DNA of 64,000 nucleotides. Origin: an uncultured Acidimicrobiales bacterium. Lineage in GTDB: Bacteria > Actinomycetota > Acidimicrobiia > Acidimicrobiales > CAWCAL01. Location: the NCBI GenBank assembly GCA_963697385.1, contig CAVONU010000003.1:400133-464132 (forward strand), given 5' to 3'. Every line of letters begins with the position of its first letter. Positions within the stretch are counted from its first letter, which is position 1. Of this stretch, positions 56,716 through 64,000 are shown piece after piece. The notes beneath the pieces were generated by a model, which did not search any database, had not been told where the DNA came from, and saw nothing but the letters and a program-made list of their open reading frames with translations. The position numbers were made by a program, and so were the translations under genes.

Positions 56716-57007
56716 GGCACGCCGACCGCCGACGACGACGCAGCAACCGCCAGGTGAGCTCGACGACCCCAGGGGTGCCGGCCGTGACCTCCCACTTCGT
56801 CGCTTCGGTGACCGGCGAGGCCTCGTCGAACTCGTCCTCCACGGCCCGGTAGGTGGCCAGCCACCGTTCCGGGGTCACGTCGCACGCGGTGGAGCCGCGC
56901 CGTGCGTCGAACCACCTGATCTGCGGGTTCGCGGTGAGCGCCGCCGACACCAGATTCTCGACGGCGGCCTGATCCTCGAAGAACGATGACGAGATGCTGG
57001 TCGCCAT
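56651..57007 (-). CDS. hypothetical protein (uncertain)
   Basis: From ATG 57007, 'MATSISSSFFEDQAAVENLVSAALTANPQIRWFDARRGSTACDVTPERWLATYRAVEDEFDE...' has coding-like codon bias. The Arg-rich tail overlaps the 3' end of the convergent sigma gene, so the true end is doubtful. Confidence 0.35.
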   Translation of the reverse strand: MATSISSSFFEDQAAVENLVSAALTANPQIRWFDARRGSTACDVTPERWLATYRAVEDEFDEASPVTEATKWEVTAGTPGVVELTWRLLRRRRRSACLTGPADRRAGARGGGVRSRWW

Positions 57008-57189
57008 GAACTCGGTCCCGACGATGGGCAGAGATTGGTCGAACGGGTCGAGCGCTCCATCGCCACACGTCCGGCCCGGATCCGCAGATACGGTGTCCGG
57101 GTGAAGCACCTCCCGTCAACGAGGGTCACCCACGATCCGACCGCCGGTCTCACCACCCTGAGGCGAGTCGACCGTGCGGCCACGGCCCC

Positions 57190-57620
57190 GTGATCTGCAC
57201 CGAGACCCGTTCCGGTGCCACCGCTGCGACGGTCCACGAGTTGCTGGTGGACGTCGATGCCTGGAGCGTCTGGTCCCCGCACGTCGTGTCGGTCGAGGCC
57301 TCGCAGCGTCGGATCACCCCCGGTTGGACCGGCGCCACGCGCGCCTTTTCGCTCCGCGTGCGACGCCGATGACCGTCGACGAGGTCCGTCCCGAGGGCGG
57401 ATACGGATGGCACGCACAGGTGGGCCCCTGGCGCCTCGACTACGACAATCGAGTCGAGGCCGCCCCGATCGGTAGCCGTCTGCGCTTCACCGCTCGACTG
57501 AGCGGTCCCGGCAGCGGGCTGATCGAGCGCGTCGTCGGTCCGCTCTCGGCGTACGGTCAACGTCGCCGGATGGACCGGCTGGCCCAACTCGCCGAACTCC
57601 TGGAGCGAACCGCGCCATGA
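57190..57620 (+). pseudogene. SRPBCC (START/polyketide-cyclase-like) protein, apparently frameshifted
   Basis: The N-terminal half is in frame of 57190 ('ATVHELLVDVDAWSVWSPHVVSVEASQRRITPGWTG...', stop at 57372). The C-terminal half is in frame of 57174 ('FAPRATPMTVDEVRPEGGYGWHAQVGPWRLDYDNRVE...RMDRLAQLAELLE', stop at 57620). The switch lies around 57335-57365. Confidence 0.5.
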
Positions 57621-58582
57621 TCCTCGTGACCGGCGCTACCGGCTTCATCGGACTCGAGGTCGTCCGACAGCTCGCGGCGTCCGGTCACCGCCCTCGCGTC
57701 ATGGTGCGACGGATCACCCGGGCCCCGCTCCTCTCGAGCCTCGACGTCGAGGCGGTTCACGGCGACCTCCTGTCGGCGCCATCGCTGGAGCGCGTCGTCG
57801 ACGGCGTCGACGCCGTCATCCACCTCGCTGGACGCGCCACCTTCGAGCCCTACCAGCGGCTTCAACCCACCATGGTCGACGGTACGACCCGACTGGCCCG
57901 AGCCGCCGCCGATGCCGGGGTCGACCACATCGTGTTCGGGTCCAGCATGTTCGTCCACGACGGCAAGATCCCGGTCGATGACACCACACCGGCGAACCCG
58001 GTACTCGACTACGGCCGGACCAAGCTGGCGGCGGAATCGGCGCTGGACCGGATCATGGCCGCCGGAGGGCCGACGGTCGCCGCCGTCCGGCTCCCCCATG
58101 TCTACGGGCCCCAGAGTGTCCTGTTCGGCCTGGCCCGGCGCCGGTTCGTCGTCTTTCCCGGGCGGGGAGACAACCTTTTCGCCCAGCTCCACGTCGAGGA
58201 CGCCGCACGCGTCCTGATCGCCGCCGCTCAGCAACGATGGGTCGGTACCGCACCGATCGCCGACCATCAGGCGGTGACGTGGAACGAGTTCTTCGACGTG
58301 CTCGCCTCCTATGCGCCCCGCATCCGGGTCCAGCGGGTCCCCGCCTCGCTCGCGGCGGGCGCCGCATTGGTCGCCGGTCCCCTGCTCGGCCGACTCGGTC
58401 CCACGCTGGTCAGTCCCGACACCGTGCGCGGCTGGAACCTCTCGTTGCCCGTCCGCACGAAGAAGCTCTGGAACGAGCTCGCTCTCGAGCCGCGGTATCC
58501 GAGTGTCCTGACCGGCATCCCGGCCACGCTCGACGGCGCGGTGGCGTTCCAGTGGCGCCACCCGATATTCGACTGGACGTGA
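57617..58582 (+). CDS. NAD-dependent epimerase/dehydratase-family protein (extended SDR)
   Basis: 'MILVTGATGFIGLEVV' and 'YGRTK' (YxxxK). The ATG forms an ATGA overlap with the preceding stop. Confidence 0.85.
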   Translation: MILVTGATGFIGLEVVRQLAASGHRPRVMVRRITRAPLLSSLDVEAVHGDLLSAPSLERVVDGVDAVIHLAGRATFEPYQRLQPTMVDGTTRLARAAADAGVDHIVFGSSMFVHDGKIPVDDTTPANPVLDYGRTKLAAESALDRIMAAGGPTVAAVRLPHVYGPQSVLFGLARRRFVVFPGRGDNLFAQLHVEDAARVLIAAAQQRWVGTAPIADHQAVTWNEFFDVLASYAPRIRVQRVPASLAAGAALVAGPLLGRLGPTLVSPDTVRGWNLSLPVRTKKLWNELALEPRYPSVLTGIPATLDGAVAFQWRHPIFDWT

Positions 58583-58628
58583 CCATGCACGACTTCCGGA
58601 CGCCCGCCGGGCACGAGACCGCCCGCCG

Positions 58629-59855
58629 GTGAGCGACCTTCGGCTCCCCGAGCCGGGACGGAGCAGCGCCGAAGCCTTCGTGCGGAATCATCTCGGCCAC
58701 CTCGTCAGCGACGACGTCGCTGGCTCGAACCGCATCCGCGGAGGTCAGATCGCAGCGGACACCGCGCTGGCGGCGTTCCCGGTGGCCGGCTACGCCCGCC
58801 GCCGCAACGAGGTCCACCCGGTGTCGCGTCGAGGCGCGTCGCGACTGTCGCCCTACATCCGCCACGGGCTCCTCCAGCTTCCCGACGTCTGGCGAGCCGT
58901 GGCCGCAGGACCGAGTCGGGACGTGGCCAAGTTCCGGGACGAGCTGCTGTGGCAGGAGTACGCCCGCCATTGGTACGCGCGGCTCGGACGTCGGACCGGC
59001 CAGGGGGTCCGTCGGGAGCTCATGGCACCGACCGGATCGGTCGGCGGCTGGGATCGCACGCTTGCGTGCCTCGACCTGGCACTCGGCGAGCTCGAGGCCG
59101 ACGGCTGGATGGTCAATCAGACCCGCATGTGGCTCGCCAGCCATTGGGCCGTTCGGGATGGCCTCCGCTGGCAGGACGGCGAGGACGCCTTCTTTCGCCA
59201 CCTGCTCGACGGCTCCCGGGCCGCCAATCGGCTGGGTTGGCAGTGGACCACCGGGGTCGGTTCGTCCACGAGCTACGGATTCAGCCGTCGGCAGGTCGAG
59301 AAGCGTGCGCCGGGCGTGTGCGACACCTGTGAGCTGAAGGACGGCTGCCCGATCGAGGAGTGGCCGGTCGACCCGGTCTTCGTCGCACGCGAGCGCCCGT
59401 CCGACGGGCGTGGCGATCACGAGTCCGTTCCGAGGGCGGGACCGGGTGCCGTGGTGCGGCGGGGCGACCCCGACGCCGTCTGGCTCACGGCAGAGTCACT
59501 CGGCGATGCCGACCCTGCGCTCGCCTCGCACCCCGACCTTCCGGCGGTCTTCGTCTTCGACGAGCCTCTGCTGCGGGGGCTCCGCCTTTCGTCGAAACGA
59601 CTTGTGTTCCTGACCGAGACGCTGGCCGAGTTGGGCTCCCACCGTCCGGTGGAGCTCCTCCTGGGGGACCCCGTCCGCCTGCTCGCTGAGCGCTCGCTGG
59701 CGGTCACCCACGCACCGGTACCGGGATTCGAGCGTCGAGCCGACGTACTGGGCCCGGTCGAGATCCACCCGTGGCCATGGTTGGCCGAACCCGGCCATGG
59801 ATCCGTGGCGTCGTTCAGCGCGTGGCGCCGCTCGGCGAAGCGCACCGTGGGGTGA
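58629..59855 (+). CDS. cryptochrome/photolyase-family protein with FAD-binding domain first and alpha/beta (photolyase N-terminal-like) domain last
   Basis: N-terminal two-thirds: 'RGGQIAADTALAAF...YARRRNE...ASRLSPYIRHG...ELLWQEYARHWY...MVNQTRMWLASHW...FFRHLLDGSRAANRLGWQWTTG' (FAD_binding_7-like). C-terminal third: 'AVWLTAESLGDADPALASHPDLPAVFVFDEPLL...SKRLVFLTETLAELG...ELLLGDP' (like the photolyase alpha/beta domain). Confidence 0.7.
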   Translation: MSDLRLPEPGRSSAEAFVRNHLGHLVSDDVAGSNRIRGGQIAADTALAAFPVAGYARRRNEVHPVSRRGASRLSPYIRHGLLQLPDVWRAVAAGPSRDVAKFRDELLWQEYARHWYARLGRRTGQGVRRELMAPTGSVGGWDRTLACLDLALGELEADGWMVNQTRMWLASHWAVRDGLRWQDGEDAFFRHLLDGSRAANRLGWQWTTGVGSSTSYGFSRRQVEKRAPGVCDTCELKDGCPIEEWPVDPVFVARERPSDGRGDHESVPRAGPGAVVRRGDPDAVWLTAESLGDADPALASHPDLPAVFVFDEPLLRGLRLSSKRLVFLTETLAELGSHRPVELLLGDPVRLLAERSLAVTHAPVPGFERRADVLGPVEIHPWPWLAEPGHGSVASFSAWRRSAKRTVG

Positions 59856-59967
59856 AGGACCGGCCGGTCGCGACGGCAGCACACCATGGCAGCCGCTCCA
59901 CGCCGACCCGATCGACGTGATTCGGGTCAAAGGTTAGGGTGCTGCCGGTCCGACAGGGAGATGACCG

Positions 59968-61128
59968 ATGACGGCAGGTCGTGCGGCGGGAGTGTTCGGG
60001 AAGCTGGCGTGGGCCTCGGTGCCACTCGCCCTCGCCCTGGTGATCGCGGCATGTACGCCCCCACCCCCCTCCGACGGCACGCCGGTGATCAACGCGTTCT
60101 CGGCCAATCTCACATCAGGACCGGCACCGCTCACGACGGCGTTCACCTGGAACATCGCTGATTCCGACTCGCCCACGCTCACCTGCGGCCTCGACCTGGA
60201 CGACGACGGCGTCTATGAGATCACGATCACCGCGTGCACCAGCTCGTCGGTCCGGTCCGCCACGTTCGACACACCCGGAACCCACCCGGTCCGACTGCAG
60301 GTCTCCGACGGCACCACGACGGTGACCAGCGCTCCCGTCACGCTGACCGCGGGTGCCGCCTCGGCCGACACGTACGCCATCACCGTTCGGTTCAACGGGA
60401 CCCTCACGACCACCCAGCAGGCGGCGTTCACCGCCGCAGCAGAACGGTGGTCAGAGGTCGTCCGCACCGGGCTGACGGACATCCCCATCAACGTGCCCGC
60501 CAACTTCTGCGGCACCGGCGCTCCGGCGTTCGCGGGAACCGTCGACGATCTGCTGATCGAAGCCAACATCGAGCCCATTGACGGCTCGGGCGGCATCCTG
60601 GCGAGTGCAGGACCGTGCCTGACGCGTCTCGCGGGCGGCCTTCCCGTGTACGGGGCCATGCGGTTCGACTCGGCCGACGTGGCCGACCTCGAGGCGGATG
60701 GCCAGCTCGAGACGGTGATCCTGCACGAGATGGGCCACGTCCTCGGGATCGGCACGGTCTGGGGGCTGCGGGTGAACGGTCGCGGCACCTCCAACCCGGT
60801 CTTCACCGGCCTCACCGCCCGTGGCGCATGGGATGCGGTGGTCGGCGGCAGCGGAGAATCCGTCCCGGTCGCCAACACCGGCGGCCCGGGCACCGCCGAC
60901 GCCCACTGGCGCGAATCGGTCTTCGGGAACGAGCTGATGACCGGATACCTCGACAGCGGTAGCAACCCCCTGAGCGCAATCACCGTCGGATCGCTGAGCG
61001 ACATCGGCTACGGCGTCGAGCTCGGCGCCTCCGATCCCTTCGGCACCCCGGCGGTCAGGACCCGATCGAGCCAAGGTATCCAGCTCGAGACCGACTTCAT
61101 CTACCCCCTCGGCGAGGTGGCCGGCTAG
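59968..61128 (+). CDS. secreted lipoprotein zinc metalloprotease (PKD-like domain + leishmanolysin/M8-like HExxH domain)
   Basis: GGGAG RBS 7 nt upstream. Lipobox 'LALVIAAC'. PKD-like 'GPAPLTTAFTW...DDDGVYE...GTHPVRLQVSDG'. Catalytic 'ILHEMGHVLGIG' with a downstream 'ADAHWRE'. Confidence 0.8.
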   Translation: MTAGRAAGVFGKLAWASVPLALALVIAACTPPPPSDGTPVINAFSANLTSGPAPLTTAFTWNIADSDSPTLTCGLDLDDDGVYEITITACTSSSVRSATFDTPGTHPVRLQVSDGTTTVTSAPVTLTAGAASADTYAITVRFNGTLTTTQQAAFTAAAERWSEVVRTGLTDIPINVPANFCGTGAPAFAGTVDDLLIEANIEPIDGSGGILASAGPCLTRLAGGLPVYGAMRFDSADVADLEADGQLETVILHEMGHVLGIGTVWGLRVNGRGTSNPVFTGLTARGAWDAVVGGSGESVPVANTGGPGTADAHWRESVFGNELMTGYLDSGSNPLSAITVGSLSDIGYGVELGASDPFGTPAVRTRSSQGIQLETDFIYPLGEVAG

Positions 61129-61156
61129 CCGCTCACGAGATCGACCCCGGCCGGAG

Positions 61157-61519
61157 CTACGCCACGAGGTGCTCGGGACGGTCAGCTGGATCCTTGTCGA
61201 TCGGCATCGTCCACTGCTCACCTGGCAGGTTCGTGGCCAACACGATCCGCACCGGTGGCCCCGCCAGATTGCGGTGCAGCCAGCCGGCAGGCGCCTGGAG
61301 TCGGCATCCAGGCTGGATCTCGGTGACGTTGCCGTTCTCATCGCTGAAGGAACCGGTCCCCGAGATCACCCACGACACCGCCTCGAACTCGTGCCAGTGC
61401 AGCGGCTCGTCCTCCTCGACGGTGAGGTCGAACGCAAGGCAGTGGAGACCCAACTCGGCCCCCTGAGCGAGGGCGTCCTCCTCGCTGAGCGGCTCATCCT
61501 GACGGAACTCGTACTCCAT
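61157..61519 (-). CDS. cupin-domain protein
   Basis: 120 aa. 'LHWHEFEAVSWVISGTGSF...GCRLQAPAGWLHRN' fits the two cupin motifs. Confidence 0.8.
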   Translation of the reverse strand: MEYEFRQDEPLSEEDALAQGAELGLHCLAFDLTVEEDEPLHWHEFEAVSWVISGTGSFSDENGNVTEIQPGCRLQAPAGWLHRNLAGPPVRIVLATNLPGEQWTMPIDKDPADRPEHLVA

Positions 61520-61668
61520 GACCTGCGCTCCCCTCGGACGGTCCCGACCGGAGCGCCCTCGGCGCCAACCCTATCCGTCGGAGGTGGCCCCCGACCGCGC
61601 CATCAGGCCGGCTTCACGGGACCGACAGACAGGTAGGAAAAAGCCCATTGCAAGATAGGCTTTCGGCC

Positions 61669-62499
61669 ATGTCCTTCGAGAACCTGTTCGACTACACCGC
61701 CACCCAGTACGAGATCGTCCTCAGCGTCTTCACCCTGACTGCGGCCGTGTTCGCCGCTGTGCTGGTGTACTCCCTGGCCACGGCGAAGTCGATCTCGCCG
61801 CGCTACCGCATCACGTCCTACCTCACCGGCGTCGTCATGGTGAGCGCCGTGCTCGAGCTCGGCCTGCTTGCGCTCCGGTGGTCCGGAGCGTTCTCGTGGT
61901 CGGGCAGCAGCTACACGCTCACCGGGAGTCTGTTCTCCAACGGGTTCCGGTACATGAACTGGAGCATCGACGTTCCGGTGCTCCTCACTCAGCTGCTGGT
62001 CGTGGCAGGGATCACCGGAGGCATCTTCTTTCGCCGGTGGGCGTCCTTCGTGGTCGCCGGCCTGGCGATGATCTGGACGGGCTATGTCGGCCAATTCGAC
62101 GAGGTCGATGGTGGGGCGCAGTTCTGGATCTGGGGCGCCATCAGCACCGTGTTCTACCTATGGCTGCTGTTCGTCGCTTGGCAGACCATCCAGGACGCCC
62201 GCCAGCGGTCATCGGCCTCGGTGAGCCGGCTGTTCTCGGCTGTGTGGATCCTGTTCCTGGTGTCCTGGACGATCTACCCCCTCGCCTACCTGATGCCCCA
62301 GATCTGGGACACGGCCGACGGCGTCGTCCTCCGGAACCTGATCTACAGCTTCGCCGACATCAGCTCCAAGGCCGTCTACGGCATCCTGCTGGCCGTCATC
62401 GCCCAGAAGGTGAGCGCCGAGGAGGGCTATGAGCCGGCCATCGACGCCGACTTCTGGTCGGACCGGACGCCCGACCGCGAGCCGGAGAGCGTCTCGTGA
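61669..62499 (+). CDS. microbial (type-1) rhodopsin with NDQ motif, KR2-like putative light-driven Na+ pump
   Basis: Seven TM segments. Helix C 'NGFRYMNWSIDVPVLLTQLLVV' versus KR2 'NGYRYLNWLIDVPMLLFQILFV' (N, D, Q at the BR D85/T89/D96 positions). Helix G 'SFADISSKAVYGILL' versus KR2 'TIADVSSKVIYGVLL' (Schiff-base Lys). Also 'WTGYVGQFDEV', 'WGAISTVFY', 'VWILFLVSWTIYPLAYLMP'. ATG 61669 (MSFENLF) is preferred over TTG 61648. Confidence 0.9.
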   Translation: MSFENLFDYTATQYEIVLSVFTLTAAVFAAVLVYSLATAKSISPRYRITSYLTGVVMVSAVLELGLLALRWSGAFSWSGSSYTLTGSLFSNGFRYMNWSIDVPVLLTQLLVVAGITGGIFFRRWASFVVAGLAMIWTGYVGQFDEVDGGAQFWIWGAISTVFYLWLLFVAWQTIQDARQRSSASVSRLFSAVWILFLVSWTIYPLAYLMPQIWDTADGVVLRNLIYSFADISSKAVYGILLAVIAQKVSAEEGYEPAIDADFWSDRTPDREPESVS

Positions 62500-62969
62500 C
62501 GGTACCGCCCAGCTCACCACTCGAGCGGCCCTACCCGGAGTTCGACGAGAAGCCGTTCTTCGCCGAGACGATCCAGCTCCTGCGATCGGTTCGGGACCAC
62601 GACTTCGACACCCTGGCCGAGCTGTGCGACGACGACTTCGGCATCGTCGACATCGCCCCCGACGGCACCAACGTGGCGATCCGGAGCCGATCGGAGTGGG
62701 AGGCGTGGTTCCACGGTCTGTTCACCCAGCTGGACACCATGCACGCATCCACCGACAGCGCGGTGATCGCCTACGACGCCATCAAGACCGACGAGATGGG
62801 CTTCTCCGTCCTGGAGTTCCGCCAGAGCCTGGTCGTCGGCGACCTGACCGCTCGATTCGACTGCATGACGACCATCGTGTGGAAACGGGTCGACGGGGCA
62901 TGGCGCGAGGCCCGGTGGCACGGCTCGGTGCTGTCCAGCAGCGTGCCCGAGGAACTGCTCCACGCGTAG
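62496..62969 (+). CDS. NTF2-like (SnoaL/DUF4440-type) protein
   Basis: 157 aa. 'LRSVRDHDFDTLAELCDDDFGIVD...SRSEWEAWFHGLF...FDCMTTIVWKRVDGAWREARWH' fits the NTF2-like cone fold pattern. GTG forms a GTGA overlap with the rhodopsin stop (62496..62499). Confidence 0.7.
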   Translation: MTVPPSSPLERPYPEFDEKPFFAETIQLLRSVRDHDFDTLAELCDDDFGIVDIAPDGTNVAIRSRSEWEAWFHGLFTQLDTMHASTDSAVIAYDAIKTDEMGFSVLEFRQSLVVGDLTARFDCMTTIVWKRVDGAWREARWHGSVLSSSVPEELLHA

Positions 62970-63081
62970 CGCCGACGTCGCGCAGCCACGAACGCGATCC
63001 AACCCCACCGGGTAGCCTCGGCACACGCCAATTCGGCCCGAGGGTCGCTGTGAGACGACCATCACCTGACGGGACTCAATC

Positions 63082-64000
63082 GTGCAGAGATTCAAGAACA
63101 TCCTCTTCACCGCCTTGACCGAGGAGGGCATCGAGCCGGCGCTGCAGCGGACCCACGAGCTGGCCGCCCGGAACGATGCGTCCCTCACCGTGTTCGGGAC
63201 CGTCCCGGAACCGTCCCGCCTGGCACGGGTCCTGCAACGAAACGCGGGCCCCTTCCCCGAGACGCTGGCCGATCAGCTGCGACTGGCGCTCGCCGAGCAG
63301 GTGGCGAAGGTCGACGGCCCCTCGACGGCTCGGGTCGAGGTGGCGGTCGGCGTGCCGTTCATCTCGATCATCGAGCGGGTGCTCGGCGAAGAGCACGACC
63401 TGGTGATCATCACCGACGACGGCCCCGACAGCCCGGTGGCCAGCACGACCAAGCACCTGCTCCGAAAGTGCCCCTGCCCGGTGTGGGTCATGCGACCGAA
63501 GGGGGCACCGGGACATCGCGTGCTGGCCGCCATCGACCCCGAGCCCGACGACCCCGAGGAGATGAACCGACTCATCCTCGACCTGGCCAGCTCGCACGCC
63601 CGGTTGACCGACGCAGAGTTCCACGTGGCCCACGCCTGGAGCGTCTACGGGGAGCCGGCGCTGCGGACCAGCCCCTTCCTCAGGTCCCCCGGGGGAGAGC
63701 TGGACGACCTGCGGCAGGAAACCCGGGACGGGCACCTCAGCCGCCTCGAAGACTCCGTCACCCGCCATGGGGTCGGCGGTCTGGAACACAAGGTCCACCT
63801 CGTCGAGGGCGAACCCGGCGATGTGATCCCCCATCTGGCCGAAGCGCACGACATCACGCTGCTCGTCATGGGCACCGTCGGCCGGACCGGGGTGCCGGGC
63901 CTGATCATGGGGAGCAACGCCGAGCGCATCCTCGACCAGGTGCGCTGTTCGGTCATCGCGGTGAAGCCCGAGGGCTTCGTCTCGCCCGTCGCCGGCGGGA
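63082..64000 (+). CDS. tandem universal stress protein (two UspA domains), 3' end beyond the window
   Basis: Absent from the ORF track because no stop is reached. My translation from GTG 63082: 'VQRFKNILFTALTEEG...HDLVIITDDGP...KHLLRKCPCPVWVMRP...HRVLAAIDPEPDD...HDITLLVMGTVGRTGVPGLIMGSNAERILDQVRCSVIAVKPEGF...'. In-frame TGA at 63067 upstream. Confidence 0.85.
   Translation, partial: MQRFKNILFTALTEEGIEPALQRTHELAARNDASLTVFGTVPEPSRLARVLQRNAGPFPETLADQLRLALAEQVAKVDGPSTARVEVAVGVPFISIIERVLGEEHDLVIITDDGPDSPVASTTKHLLRKCPCPVWVMRPKGAPGHRVLAAIDPEPDDPEEMNRLILDLASSHARLTDAEFHVAHAWSVYGEPALRTSPFLRSPGGELDDLRQETRDGHLSRLEDSVTRHGVGGLEHKVHLVEGEPGDVIPHLAEAHDITLLVMGTVGRTGVPGLIMGSNAERILDQVRCSVIAVKPEGFVSPVAGG

Noticed and set aside
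63076-63849. 257-aa minus-strand ORF
   Set aside because: Antisense to an obvious tandem-USP reading frame. That frame is missing from the track only because it runs off the window without a stop.
1-64000. Scan for rRNA, tRNA, CRISPR, prophage or defence-island signatures
   Set aside because: All intergenic spaces longer than 100 bp were inspected by eye. None showed tRNA-like cloverleaf arms, rRNA-like segments or spaced repeats. No integrase, restriction-modification, toxin-antitoxin or cas-like ORFs were recognised.

Overview
High-GC (by eye about 70% G+C) chromosomal segment with Actinomycetota-type gene content: F420/LLM-class oxidoreductases, a DinB-type protein, WS/DGAT, a 1,614-aa NAD-glutamate dehydrogenase, and frequent ATGA/GTGA start-stop overlaps. 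I call about 60 protein-coding genes. I saw no rRNA, tRNA or CRISPR array. Order of blocks: ppa and small membrane proteins; a glycogen locus (malQ-glgB / glgC / glgA-glgX-glgP); a Pat-type GNAT/acyl-CoA-synthetase fusion; an operon of two orphan ABC permeases, a YceI-cytochrome c-copper monooxygenase fusion and a tocopherol-cyclase-like gene; pckA; a WS/DGAT-methyltransferase-reductase module; PLDc_N-CPBP-baeRF-like genes; an internally deleted IS1380-family element with recognisable inverted repeats; a TreT-like glycosyltransferase; large NAD-GDH; a GGDEF-EAL protein; an S8 peptidase whose C-terminus is a 15-bp tandem repeat encoding (GATWT)n; a translationally coupled arylsulfatase operon; an ABM-YciI-ECF sigma module; a photolyase homologue with apparently permuted domain order; a lipoprotein metalloprotease. 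The most notable item is a microbial rhodopsin with the NDQ (Na+-pump, KR2-like) motif, translationally coupled to an NTF2-like protein and followed by a tandem USP. Many long ORFs in the six-frame track are antisense shadow ORFs typical of high-GC DNA and were rejected. All functional calls rest on by-eye motif recognition. No database search was run.
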